DNA of 64,000 nt from an uncultured Phycisphaerales bacterium (GTDB taxonomy: Bacteria > Planctomycetota > Phycisphaerae > Tepidisphaerales > Tepidisphaeraceae). Shown one piece after another: positions 31,367 through 42,286 of this stretch. Location of the stretch: the NCBI GenBank assembly GCA_963844715.1, contig CAWJPJ010000007.1, forward strand, positions 1,152,001 through 1,216,000. Reading direction: 5' to 3'. The translations under genes and the position numbers were made by a program. Positions within the stretch are counted from its first letter, which is position 1, and each line of letters starts with the position of its first letter. The notes under the pieces are model-generated. The model was not told the origin of the DNA. It worked only from the letters and a program-made list of their open reading frames with translations, and made no database searches.

Positions 31367-31948
31367 ATGCTGCTGAATCTGGTGCAGGTGGTTTACTGGC
31401 TCGCCTTGTCGACGTGGTTTGGCGGGGTTTTGTTTATTGCCGCCGCCGCGCCGGTCATCTTCAAAACGGTGAAGGAATCGGATCCACTTCTTCCGACCGT
31501 GCTGAGCGTCAATCTTGAAGGGCAGCACGGGACGCTTCTTGCCGGAACGATCATCGGAAATCTGATCACGATGCTGTCTCGCGTGGAACTGGTTTGCGCG
31601 GGGGTATTGCTTTTGTGCATCGGGGCGCAGTGGCTGCTGATCGATCTGAACAATCCGTGGAATTTCGCGTCGACGGCGGTGAGATCGGGTTTGTATCTGG
31701 CGGCGACGGGGATCGTGCTATACGACTGGCGGCTGCTTTGGCCCAAGATTTGGCGGGCGCGAGAGCAATTTATCGAACATGCGGACGATCCTGAGATCGC
31801 CAACCCGGCCCGCGAGCTGTTTCACAAATTGCAGAGGCAGAGCGTGACCCTGCTGACGCTATTGACGTTTTTGCTTTTGGGAATGATTCTGTTCAGCGCC
31901 GCGGTTCACCAGACGACGATCGTCTTTTCGCCCGGCCGCGGGGGGTAA
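31367..31948 (+). CDS. DUF4149-like membrane protein
   Basis: Four hydrophobic segments; WFGGVLF..AAPVIF; FHKLQRQS. Confidence 0.65.
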   Translation: MLLNLVQVVYWLALSTWFGGVLFIAAAAPVIFKTVKESDPLLPTVLSVNLEGQHGTLLAGTIIGNLITMLSRVELVCAGVLLLCIGAQWLLIDLNNPWNFASTAVRSGLYLAATGIVLYDWRLLWPKIWRAREQFIEHADDPEIANPARELFHKLQRQSVTLLTLLTFLLLGMILFSAAVHQTTIVFSPGRGG

Positions 31949-31957
31949 GGGGATTTA

Positions 31958-32653
31958 ATGCCGACCGCAAGCGAAAAAATAATCGAAGAGCGAAAAAAAC
32001 GCGTCAAGGCAATTCTGCCGGTGCTCATGAAGACTTATCCGGATGCAAAATGCAGCTTGAATTATAAAACGCCTTTGGAATTGCTGGTGGCGACGATTCT
32101 TTCCGCACAGTGCACGGACAAGCGCGTGAACATGGTGACGCCGGCGCTGTTCGCCAAATATCCCAACGCGGCGGCTTATGCGAAGGCGAAGCCGGAGGCT
32201 TTGGAAAAAGATATTCAATCGACGGGGTTCTATCGCAACAAGGCCAAGAGCATTCGGGCGATGGCGGCGGACCTCGTCGAAAAATATGGGGGTCAGGTTC
32301 CGAGCACCATGGAGGAACTCACCGGGCTGGCCGGGGTGGGGCGAAAAACGGCGAACGTCGTGTTGGGAAATGCCTTTGGAAAGAACGTGGGCGTCGTCGT
32401 CGATACTCACGTGGCGCGATTGAGCGAGAGGCTGGAGCTTTCCAGTCACGCCTCTCCCGAAAAGATCGAACAGGATTTGATGCAGGTGGTTCCGCAGGAT
32501 CGCTGGACGCTTTGGGCGCATCTGCTGATCTATCATGGCCGAGCGGTCTGCATGGCCAGGGGGCCTCTTTGCGATAAATGCCCGATCTTCAGTAATTGCC
32601 CAACGGGGCCCAAAATCCTCGCGGAGAAAAAGGCGGGGAAGAAGGCCGGGTGA
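31958..32653 (+). CDS. nth: Endonuclease III
   Basis: LLVATILSAQCTD, HhH LAGVGRKTANVV, VDTHV, CxxxxxxCxxCxxxxxC. Confidence 0.96.
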   Translation: MPTASEKIIEERKKRVKAILPVLMKTYPDAKCSLNYKTPLELLVATILSAQCTDKRVNMVTPALFAKYPNAAAYAKAKPEALEKDIQSTGFYRNKAKSIRAMAADLVEKYGGQVPSTMEELTGLAGVGRKTANVVLGNAFGKNVGVVVDTHVARLSERLELSSHASPEKIEQDLMQVVPQDRWTLWAHLLIYHGRAVCMARGPLCDKCPIFSNCPTGPKILAEKKAGKKAG

Positions 32654-32669
32654 GGCGAAAGAACATCGC

Positions 32670-33359
32670 ATGCGGCTGGCGGAAATATTCTATTCAATTC
32701 AGGGAGAAGGAAAGTTGATGGGAGTCCCCTCGACTTTTGTTCGCGTCAGCGGCTGCAATCTGCGCTGCACGTGGTGCGATACGCCGTACGCGAGCTGGGA
32801 ACCGGAGGGGGAGGATATTCCTGTTGGGGAAATCGCCTCGCGCGTCCGGGGTTTGGGGGCGCGGCACGTGGTCATTACGGGGGGCGAGCCGATGATCATG
32901 CCGGGGATTGGGGAATTATGCGACGCATTTAAATCGGGCGGCCATCACCTGACGATGGAGACGGCGGCTACCATTTTCTCGCCGGTGAAGATCGATCTGG
33001 CCAGTCTTTCGCCGAAGCTCTCGAATTCGACGCCGGTCGAGCGGGAGGGGGGGAAATTTGCCGCCGCGCATGAGAAGCATCGATTGAATTATGAAGTGAT
33101 TCAGCGGTTCATCGATTCGTGCGCCGAGGTGCAGCTTAAATTCGTGGTCAGCCGGGAATCGGACGTAATGGAGATTCAGCAGATCTTGGAGCAAGTGAAG
33201 GGGTGGAAGACGGACGATGTGCTGCTCATGCCGGAAGGGATCGACGCCAAAGTCCTCGAAGAGAGATCCGCATGGGTCAGCGATATTTGCAAACGAGAGG
33301 GGTTTCGATTCTGCCCGCGGTTGCACATTCTCTTGTGGGGGAATCGGCGCGGGACGTAA
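32670..33359 (+). CDS. queE: 7-carboxy-7-deazaguanine synthase (radical SAM)
   Basis: EIFYSIQGEG, GCNLRCTWCDT, ITGGEP, PRLHILLWG. Confidence 0.92.
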   Translation: MRLAEIFYSIQGEGKLMGVPSTFVRVSGCNLRCTWCDTPYASWEPEGEDIPVGEIASRVRGLGARHVVITGGEPMIMPGIGELCDAFKSGGHHLTMETAATIFSPVKIDLASLSPKLSNSTPVEREGGKFAAAHEKHRLNYEVIQRFIDSCAEVQLKFVVSRESDVMEIQQILEQVKGWKTDDVLLMPEGIDAKVLEERSAWVSDICKREGFRFCPRLHILLWGNRRGT

Positions 33360-33380
33360 TCCGAACGCGTGTAGGAGAGA

Positions 33381-33809
33381 TTAATCTTCCTTCAGAAGAG
33401 AAACGGGCTGACGCCCGGCGAACCCGATGTGGAGTTCATGCCAGTAGCCGATTTCCTGTTCGCCTAATTTCCAGCACAGGCAGACGTCGTGTCCCTGGTG
33501 GCGGCCGATGAAATCGACCAGACCCATTTGATAGTCTTTCAAATCGACGCCGACTTCATGGAGTTCATCGACGTAGTTCTGCAACTGCTCGACGAGCTGA
33601 TCGACTTCGGTTTGCAGCTTGGGCTGGTCCTTAGGCTTGGCCGAGGAGATGGCGGCTTGAAGCGCCGAGATTTTCTCGTGTGTCTTGACGATGTCCTGGA
33701 CGATGCGTCGGACGAGCGGCAGGGCGCGGTTCGCCTGCGCGAGCGAGAATCGCTTTGCAGGAGTTGAGAGAGAAACCGGCCGGGGTGTTAGAAACTGCGG
33801 GCCCGCCAT
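33381..33809 (-). CDS. DUF2203 family protein
   Basis: FSLAQANRALP, LKD..GLVDF, CLCWKLGE..YWH..GFAGRQP. Confidence 0.88.
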   Translation of the reverse strand: MAGPQFLTPRPVSLSTPAKRFSLAQANRALPLVRRIVQDIVKTHEKISALQAAISSAKPKDQPKLQTEVDQLVEQLQNYVDELHEVGVDLKDYQMGLVDFIGRHQGHDVCLCWKLGEQEIGYWHELHIGFAGRQPVSLLKED

Positions 33810-33891
33810 CGGTGTGCTGCCTTTCTCGGCGTAAGTCGGCCGAACCTCCGAGGTTCAGTACGACGAACTAAAGCGACCGGTTCAAGAGCGA

Positions 33892-35073
33892 TTATGATAT
33901 GTAGTCGGCGGCTGTCAACTTGAAGCTGATTATGCACCCGTCTCTATCTTTCCGACTGCGTAAATGGGGACTCCGCAGCGATCGTATCGGACGTTGAGTT
34001 ATCTGTTCGTGGGATGACGAGTGCGCCGAATATTCGGTGCCGCCGGCTTCGGGGACCGCCAGAATAAGCTTCTCGATGATCTGATCGGGACCGATTCCCT
34101 CGGCGTCGGCTGTGAAATTGGTGAAGAGACGGTGCCGCAGGACGGGCTTGGCGATCCGCTGGACATCCTGGCACCCGACGTTTAATCGCCCGTCCAAAAG
34201 AGCCCGCGCTTTGGCGCCCAGCACCAGGTATTGGGCCGCACGAGGGCCGGCTCCCCAGGTCAGCCAGTCGTTGATAAATTGGGGGGATTCGGGCTGCCCC
34301 GGCCGCGTGGCCCGCGCCAGGCGAACTGCGTAATCGACCAAATGATCGCTGACCGGCAGCTTTACGCAGCGTCTTTTGCAATTGCAGGATGTCCGGCGCG
34401 GAAAGGACCGGCTCGGGCATTGGCTCGGATTCCATCGTGGTGGAACGCACAATCTGCCGCTCTTCATTTTTGCTGGGGTAGCCGATGTGAACCATGAACA
34501 TGAAGCGGTCGAGCTGTGCCTCGGGGAGCGGATAGGTTCCTTCCTGCTCGACGGGGTTTTGGGTGGCCAGAACGAAGAATGGGCGGATTGAGCGGGAACG
34601 TGCTGCCGCCGGCGGTGATCTGATATTCCTGCATCGCCTGGAGAAGGGCGGCCTGGGTTTTGGGCGGCGTGCGGTTGATTTCGTCGGCGAGGACGATGTT
34701 TGCGAAGATGGGGCCTTTGACGAAGCGGAACCGAGCGCGCCGCCGGTGGCGATTCTCTTCCAGAATGTCCGTGCCGGTGATGTCGGCGGGCATCAGGTCG
34801 GGCGTGAATTGGATGCGGTTAAATTCAAGCTTAAGGACCCGGGCGAGGGTGCTGACCATCAGCGTCTTGGCCAGGCCGGGTACGCCGACCAGCAGGCAAT
34901 GCCCGCGCGCCATGAGGGCGGCGAGCAGCAGCTCGATCACGTCATCCTGGCCGATGATGACCTTGTGCAATTCGGCTGATCAGGCTTTTGACGGACGCCG
35001 TTGAATTGGTCCAGGAATGCGGCTTCGCGCTCGGCGTCGGCTGCGGGTTGGTGGTGGTTTGCGGCAAGCTCAT
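33892..35073 (-). CDS. MoxR-family AAA+ ATPase (frameshifted)
   Basis: [52 protein letters not shown]. Confidence 0.92.
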
Positions 35074-35074
35074 C

Positions 35075-36587
35075 TTAGTGGGAGACCATGTATATCAGGA
35101 TATCGACCCCGAGTCGGATCGCATCCTGATCGGCGTAGCCCTTGTTGTATGGCTGGGGCAAGTTCCTCCCAGCCGGCGCTTAAACTGAGGGGAGAATAAA
35201 TCACCGGGAGTGTCCGTCGACGTTGATGGCTTCGAGTCGGGGGAATGTGCACGTTCGGAAGGAGCTCGGCGGGCCAGGGGGGCGAGCTCGACCTGGCGTT
35301 CGTCAAAGACGAAGTTGAAAATGGGGTGGTCGGGGGGAAGGGGATTGAGCGGTTTGTCGGGGTAGATCGCCGCCTGATCTCGCGGCGGACGGCGGCGTCG
35401 AAATCGCTGCTGCCGGCGGCACAGTCGATGAGGATCATGTGCCGCCGTGGTCGCAATATTGGCGAAACTGTTGCCGTGCGGTTGTCGGAAAATTGAAAAT
35501 CGCGCTGGCCCACCAGGTACAGAACCGGGTATTGGAATACGTCCGATTTTTCAGGATCGACGGGCACGCGCTTGAACTGCACGTGCATCGTTGTGTTCTG
35601 ATCGATGGCTTTGAGCAGATTCGGCAGGCCGTGGGGAGTGGGGTCCCAGTCGCCGTTGTGTATCGATCTGCCCGAGGACGAGCTGGTCGCGCGTGGTGTC
35701 GCTGGATTGGTGATACGATCTTCATGTGATCGAAAAAGCGGCCGTATTGATACTCGGCCAGGCAATAGGTGACGATGTTGCTGCCGAGTTTGAGGGCGTC
35801 GTTTTGATCGTAGAGGATGCCGCCTTCGATGGGGTGCGACGTTGGCGTCCCAGCCGCAGGAGAGATCGATGGGCGAAAAGATGACGGCGGCGCGTGTGCC
35901 GATGTTGACTGTCTCAAGATAGGGCGGAACGGTTTTCCAGGGCCCGTCGCCCTCGCGGACACGCATCGAATCGATGGGGTAGAAGGAGGAGAAAATGGGA
36001 TGATCCGATGGGATGGCGGCGAGGGGGCGGTCGGGGAAGATCCGGCGGATTTCGCGGCGGAAGGAGTTGTTGAATTCCGGCCGGCCGCAATTGCTGTGCA
36101 CGACCCAGGTGCCGCCTTCCATCAGATATTGTCGCAGTTTGGCGATGGTTTCGTCGATCGAAAGCGGGGAAGTGGCTTCCAGCCGGTGAAATAGAGGATG
36201 GGCAAATCGGTCGGGTCGTAGCTGAAATTGGTGAAATCGGTTTGCAGGAAACGAAATCGCTGGCCGAGCTGGTTGTTTGTGAATTCGACCCACTGTTCGA
36301 ATATCGACGGTGGTGGTTTGCCAATCGGATCCGGCGGGCAGGGATTGGGGATCGAAGGTGACGGTTCCGATGAGGCCGGGGGGCGCGGGCTCGCGTTTTT
36401 TTTCCGTCCGGCGGAGGGGCGTGAGTTTCGGCATGGGGAGGGGCGCTTCGCCCTCGGCGCCGTTGACGCGCTGAGGCGAGGCTTTGGGTGGAATAGCGAC
36501 CTTGGGATTGACGAAATCGTCCGCGCCGGCTGTGAGTGCGAGGGCAAGAATCGTGAAAATAAAAATAAAAAATCTTTGCCGCTGCAT
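35075..36587 (-). CDS. Exported tandem DUF4159-domain protein (multiple frameshifts)
   Basis: Signal peptide; LRQYLMEGG, HPIFSSFY, DLSCGW; second copy GDWDPTPHGLPNLL...LSAGWE. Confidence 0.75.
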
Positions 36588-36762
36588 GCGTTCCGCCGCA
36601 AGTGCAATGAAGACAATATCATAGTCAAGCGGCGACGCGAGGCGGCGCGGTAAAAATATCTCCAGCCATACAGCGCCCCGAACGACATCCTGACGGCGGC
36701 ATTCGAAAGGGCCGGCGAAAGGATTCATTCTTCAGCATCCGCTCCGGGAGGGGCAAGAACTC

Positions 36763-37044
36763 ATGATCAGCTTCAAATCCGAGCCGCCCGCCGCGCCCAG
36801 GCTAACGGCCCGCCAGCGCGAGGCATATCGTCTGCGTCATCAAGGCGGCGCGACCGTCGAGCAGATCGCGGCGTGGCTCAAGATTTCCCCGCGGGCGGTG
36901 TGGTATCGCCTCCAGTGCGCCCATCGCCGATTGGGAGAAGCCGCCGAATCGTATGACGAACCCGGCGACCGCCGAAGAACCTATAGCGCCTCCCAGCTTT
37001 CGACCGCGGCCCAGGGTAACGCCGTTAATATCGACGATTTGTAG
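36763..37044 (+). CDS. Small sigma-70 region-4-like HTH protein
   Basis: LTARQREAYRLRH..TVEQIAAWLKISPRAVWYRLQ. Confidence 0.65.
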   Translation: MISFKSEPPAAPRLTARQREAYRLRHQGGATVEQIAAWLKISPRAVWYRLQCAHRRLGEAAESYDEPGDRRRTYSASQLSTAAQGNAVNIDDL

Positions 37045-38754
37045 TTACTGATCGCTGTTGTTGTTGCCCGTGGAACTGTCGCCGCCGGACGACGGCTGGC
37101 TCGTGGACTTGGACTGGTTCACCCACTGTATCCGGGTTTTGTGGTCGTCGCTGCCCATATCGGCATTCGCGCGCCGAACCGACGCAATCCCGTCCGCATC
37201 CACAACGGTTACGAAATAGTCGGTATTGCGCAACTTCCCATCGACGTAGGTATACCCGGTCGAGAAGTCGACGCCGTTGGCGACCCCGCCGATGGCATCG
37301 CCCGGGGCAGCGCTGAATTGCTGCTCCTGCCACAATCCGGCCCCCCAAGTGAACACGTCAAATGGGAACTTATTGCCCGTTGCCTGGGCGGCCGCACAAT
37401 AGAAATAAGTTTGCGGCCCGATGGAAATCTGCGGCGTGTAGTCGCTCACCGGCGCATTCAGAGCGAGTTGTCCCGCCCAGGCCGGATTTTGCACCTTGCC
37501 GTTAGGCAAATCGAACAGCGGGTTCGCCAGGCTGTATTGCAGTTTGTAACGATAGGTTTTGCCCGGCTCGACGAGATCGTTCACATAGACCAGCAAGTCG
37601 GGGTTTTGAGCTCCCGCCGCCGGCGCCGAAAATGTGACCGTGTCCTTCGGAGGAACCGGAACAACCGCCGGAAGCTGTTTAGCCGCCTGGATAATCTGCA
37701 AGTTCGGATCGGTTGGACCGGCCGGTTGAGCAGCCGGAGCAGCCGGTGCGGCAGGAGCAGCGGGAGCAGCAGCAGCGCCCCCGGCGCCAGCCGCGCCACC
37801 ACCACCGGCGGCCGGGCCCGCCGCGGTGATCAGGCTTTGAACCACTGCGCCGGGATCCTGCCACGCTGTACCCGAAGGCGCCGGCGCAAGGGCCGGGAAC
37901 GGTGGCGTGGCGATATCTGCAAAGTGCGGCTGAGCCCAAAGTTCAAACTGATGACCCGCCACCCGATTTTTCAGGACCTGCGGCATCGGCTGCACCGGAT
38001 TGTTCGGAAGCCGCTCCACTTCAACATCAGGCCCCCATTGTCCATTGGGCTGCAATTCCTGGCGATAGGCGGTCACGTCCAAAAACATGGTCGTGCTCTG
38101 TGCAAGTTTCGGTTGCCCGCCTGCCGCTGCCGGGCCGAAGTCCTTCGTCCACTCATTCGTGATGGGTCCCACTGGAATGCTGAACGCCGCGGTAACCCAA
38201 TGAATGTCCATCCGCCCCGGCGCGGGAGGGTTCGCGGGATTCGCGGGGTTAGCCGGATTGGCCGGGTTCGCGGGATTGGCCGGCGCTGGCGCGGCCTCGG
38301 CCGGCGGCGCAAAGCTGACAATCGAGCTTTCGCCCGAAATAACCACCAACGGCTGAGCCGCCGGCAATACCGGCAGCTTCGTGATCATCGGCCCCTGTTG
38401 CTGGTTGGTCGTCACGCTCGACGGAAGCACCGCCGGCGTGAAGTCCCAAACCGCCGCCAGGGGTTCGCTGGGCTGCGTCGCCGGGTCCAGTTTATCAGGA
38501 ATTAAATTCGCGAATTTTGGGACCTCAAACGTCGGAACCGGCGGGCTGTCCATTTGCTGTTTGAGCGTCTGCACGGGCCCGTTGAGAATGTACTCGTCCA
38601 CATTCGCGGGCGTCACATGTTCCGAACCGATCGTCGCCGTGACCGGCGGATTGACAATGTAACTCCACCCCATGTACCCCAGGAACGCGATTCCCAGCGC
38701 CAGTGCCAGCCACTCGACGTTCTTCTCCAGAAGTTGCACGACTTTTTGCATCAT
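37045..38754 (-). CDS. Membrane-anchored Pro/Ala-rich protein of the pilM cluster
   Basis: N-terminal LEKNVEW plus transmembrane helix; (PAN)n tract; VEPGKTYRYKL FN3-like strand. Confidence 0.7.
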   Translation of the reverse strand: MMQKVVQLLEKNVEWLALALGIAFLGYMGWSYIVNPPVTATIGSEHVTPANVDEYILNGPVQTLKQQMDSPPVPTFEVPKFANLIPDKLDPATQPSEPLAAVWDFTPAVLPSSVTTNQQQGPMITKLPVLPAAQPLVVISGESSIVSFAPPAEAAPAPANPANPANPANPANPANPPAPGRMDIHWVTAAFSIPVGPITNEWTKDFGPAAAGGQPKLAQSTTMFLDVTAYRQELQPNGQWGPDVEVERLPNNPVQPMPQVLKNRVAGHQFELWAQPHFADIATPPFPALAPAPSGTAWQDPGAVVQSLITAAGPAAGGGGAAGAGGAAAAPAAPAAPAAPAAQPAGPTDPNLQIIQAAKQLPAVVPVPPKDTVTFSAPAAGAQNPDLLVYVNDLVEPGKTYRYKLQYSLANPLFDLPNGKVQNPAWAGQLALNAPVSDYTPQISIGPQTYFYCAAAQATGNKFPFDVFTWGAGLWQEQQFSAAPGDAIGGVANGVDFSTGYTYVDGKLRNTDYFVTVVDADGIASVRRANADMGSDDHKTRIQWVNQSKSTSQPSSGGDSSTGNNNSDQ

Positions 38755-38757
38755 AAA

Positions 38758-40047
38758 TCAGTTGTCTTCGTTATTGTTTGGCTGATTGGGCGCGCCGTTA
38801 GCCGGCCCCGCGGCCTTTCGGGAGTCGGGCAGAAGATCGGCTGTCCAATTCTTCATCAGCAGGTCCTCCCCGTCGATCTCCAGGCGGACGACCGGCTTGT
38901 CGCCATATCGATATCCCGCGCCCGCGGCCACCGCCGGATCGACCACTTCCAGAATCTGCACGTTGAGCACAGTCATGAACTGATCGAGCTGAAGCGCTCG
39001 CAAAATGTCCGGAATCTTGGCCGCGTCCACCACCAGGCTCAGATCGAATCGATACGCATCGTAAAGAGCGTTGCTGACCCGTCCGGTGGGGGAGATCGTC
39101 GGCTCAAAAGGCGTCGCGCTCCCGACGCCCTCGCCAAGATCGCCGGCGCTGGTCGCGAGAATCGGGGCGATGGTCTGTAATTTCTCGATCCGCTTGATCG
39201 GAGAATGAAGAATGGTGTTCGACGGCGGCCCGCCGGGCATGTCCGGATCCGAATACTTGCTATTGATCCTGGCGATGGCGTTGGTCACGTCGTCCACGAT
39301 CCACATTTGCAATTGGGCGTCCCAGATTTGCCCGGACTGGGGAAGCTTTCCCGCGACGATCCCGATCGTCGCGTCAAAAGGAAGCGCGTCCGGCTCCATA
39401 TAAATGGAATATTGCTTGGCGCGATCCAGTTGCATGTCTTGCGCTAGGGTTGCGGTCTGCTGGGTGAAGGTTTCGATCGCCTGGGTCATTGCCGGCGAAG
39501 CCGTCCCGCCCGGCACGACGCCGAATTGCGCAAATATCGTCGCCTGCCTTTTCGCCGTTTCATCGGCTATATCCTGAAGCGTGGGAATGCCGCAGGAATT
39601 CAAACTGGTCACCCACCGATTCAGATTCGTCGTCTCGGAGATGTATTTCTGGGCAAAGCTGTATTTCGTGGAATCATCCGGCTTCGGCAACTCACTGGGG
39701 AACAGCGGGGCGTGAATGTTTTTCTGCACCGCGGCCTGAACCAGCTTGTCCGCCTGCTCGGTCAATTCGGCGATCGCGGCTTTGCCCGCGTCAATCACCT
39801 CCTGCGTCGGGAAGACGTCGAGGACAGCCTGATCCGTCTGGTCGGGCGATAGCAGCGGCATGTGACGCTGCGAACTAAGCAATCCCTCCACATGCTCGGC
39901 GGCGCTCACCCGGCCGTTCAACTGGTCCTGCAACGAAAGATACATCCCCGCCAAAGGATAGAACTTTGCAACGATGGAAAGAATCACCAGCACCGCCAAA
40001 ATGATGCTGATCATGTTCTTCTTCAGGATTTGTAAGACCGCCTTCAT
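38758..40047 (-). CDS. Membrane-anchored protein of the pilM cluster (PilO-like position)
   Basis: ATG 40047, MKAVLQILKKN plus transmembrane helix; C-terminal FDLSLVVDAAKIPDIL. Confidence 0.65.
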   Translation of the reverse strand: MKAVLQILKKNMISIILAVLVILSIVAKFYPLAGMYLSLQDQLNGRVSAAEHVEGLLSSQRHMPLLSPDQTDQAVLDVFPTQEVIDAGKAAIAELTEQADKLVQAAVQKNIHAPLFPSELPKPDDSTKYSFAQKYISETTNLNRWVTSLNSCGIPTLQDIADETAKRQATIFAQFGVVPGGTASPAMTQAIETFTQQTATLAQDMQLDRAKQYSIYMEPDALPFDATIGIVAGKLPQSGQIWDAQLQMWIVDDVTNAIARINSKYSDPDMPGGPPSNTILHSPIKRIEKLQTIAPILATSAGDLGEGVGSATPFEPTISPTGRVSNALYDAYRFDLSLVVDAAKIPDILRALQLDQFMTVLNVQILEVVDPAVAAGAGYRYGDKPVVRLEIDGEDLLMKNWTADLLPDSRKAAGPANGAPNQPNNNEDN

Positions 40048-40060
40048 CAACACTCCAAAT

Positions 40061-42115
40061 TCATTTGCCCGTCGCTGCCGTCTATTGTTGATCCTGCGCC
40101 GCCGCCGCGCCCGCCCCAGCCGCCGCGCGGACTTGGGTGGGTCAATGATCACGATTAAAACCACTTTCATATCCCAATCGTTGGACCGATCCTCGCCCGT
40201 GATGCGGTCCAGCATCGATGGATCGGGCGCGCCGGCTGCCGGCGTGGTCCGGCCGCCCGTCTGCACGTTTTCCTGCTCGTCCCCGCTGTCCGACGGCTGC
40301 GGCCTCGCCGTTGGCGTCGGGCCGTTGATCGCCAGCATCGACGCCGCGTAAGACGCCAGCATGGCTTGCACCCGCGTCGGATCATCCTTCAGCAGCGATT
40401 GCCCGATCGGGTTGAAAACCCGGGCAATGAAATAATGCTTCGGCGACGACGGGTTCCGGCTGTTGTACTGATCCATCCACGCCTGGTTCATCTGGCTCAG
40501 GTTCTTGACCAAATTGCCAATGATCCACGGATAGGCGTCCTGGTGCGGCGTGGTCAGGTTGATCGAAATAATAAACCCGCCGCCCGGTCGGCGGATTGAG
40601 CGGATCGTTGGGAACCACCGAGATGCCCGGCCCCAACTGTCCCGAAGTGATCGATGCCAGCAAATCCGGGCTGTAGACCGACGAGAGCTTGTCGACGAGC
40701 ACGATGTTCCGATTGCCGCGAGGAATGGCCGCCTGACTCGCCGACGGCGCGGGAAATACACTGAGGATGTCGGTAAGGATTGACGGCCAATAGCCGCGCC
40801 CATCCAGCATGCCGCGGATATTCGTGATCCGTTGCCGATCCGCGCCGCCCGCTCCTTCGACATCCGACGACCAACTGTTGGAGAATCCGTCGGCGCGGGA
40901 AACCACCGATTCAATCTGATCGCGCGAATTCGCCGCTAATTTAAATTGCGAATCCTGCAAATAGTATCCGCCCGCCGCCAAACCCGCCCCCGCCACGAAC
41001 GCCGCCGTCGCCGCGGCGAACCACTTGGTTTTATCTCGCCACATGCGCTCGCGGCGAATGTGCATCGGGAGCAGGCTGCTGGTGATCTTCGCCTCTCCCA
41101 TCGCCTGAATCGCCAGCCCGTACGCGCTCACCAGCGATAAAATGTTTTCGTTGAACGTCGTCGCCATCTTCGCGTCGGTCGGAGCGCCGGCGGCCATCGA
41201 GTTGAGTTTTTCCACGTCCAGTTGCAGGTTCTGCTGAAGATATTTTTGCAGCCCCGCCAGCCGGAACGTCCCGCCCAGTGCGATCACTTTCTTAATCCGC
41301 GACTCGCGGTGCACCGAGGAATAAAACCCAATACTGCGCTGGATTTCCGCCACCAGATCCGCGAAGACCGGCCGCATCGCCTGGAAAATCTGCCGGGCGT
41401 ATTTGCTCGTGTTGGCGTTACGCTTCAGTTCCTCGGCCTTCCCGAACGGAAGTTTGAAACTCTTGACCAGAACTTCCGTGAAATTGTTCCCGCCGATCGG
41501 GATGGACCGAAGCCAGATGCTTTCTCCCTCGGCGATGATCAGATCGGTGTTTTCCGCCCCCAGGTCCACGATCATCGTCGTGCCCTTGATCCGGCTGTCG
41601 TAGTACATCGCGTTGTATACCGCCAGCGGATTCATCTGAACCACCTGCACGTTCAGATTCACATCCGTGAAATGCTGAATGTGATGATTGATCAGGTCCC
41701 GCCGCATAGCGAAGATCCCGACTTCCACCTCGGGCGAATCCGGCTGCTGAAAAAGCTGATAGCTCCATTCGACGTCGTCGAGCGGGAACGGAATCTGCTG
41801 AATGGCCTCGAAACGCACAATTTCGGGAATTTTCTTGGGTTCGACCGGCGGGAGCTTGATGAATCGGGCGAAGCTGGAAACGCCGCTGACGCTGATCGAC
41901 GCAACGCCCCCCTTGACCGGGTGCCGCTGGACGAAATTCGTCAGCGCCGACTGGATCAGCGCTTCTTTATTGTCTCCCGCATTGGAGAGGACGTTTTCAT
42001 GCTCGATGACTTCGAAGTCATCGATGCGCAAACCGTTTTCGCCGCGAACCAACTTAATGGCCTTGAGCGCGCGGTTGCCGATGTCGATACCCCAGGCAAA
42101 ACGAGCATTGGCCAT
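40061..42115 (-). CDS. pilM: Type IV pilus assembly protein PilM with a fused PilN-like C-terminal part (frameshifts)
   Basis: AWGIDIG, FEAIQQIPF, DLGAENTD, IPIGGNNFT, then SSLLP motif, transmembrane helix and coiled periplasmic region. Confidence 0.88.
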
Positions 42116-42286
42116 CGTGTCTCCTCAACAACCGTTCAACGCAGGGGAGCAGCGGGCCTGTGTTCGGGGGAGGACAGGCCACAACCTCGCCGCTCGTTCC
42201 TGTTTTTACCCGCTTTGCGGGGTCAGTTCAATATTGTTCCATAGTCCCAGAGCCGGTTCCAGCGTTGGGACGCCCCATTTTCGGCT

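Noticed and set aside
38225..38290. 9-nt periodic repeat
   Set aside because: It simply encodes a (PAN)n linker with varied codons inside a CDS.
38758..40914. 718-aa single ORF
   Set aside because: It joins the frameshifted PilM tail to the next gene, which has its own GGAG RBS, ATG (40047) and N-terminal membrane anchor.
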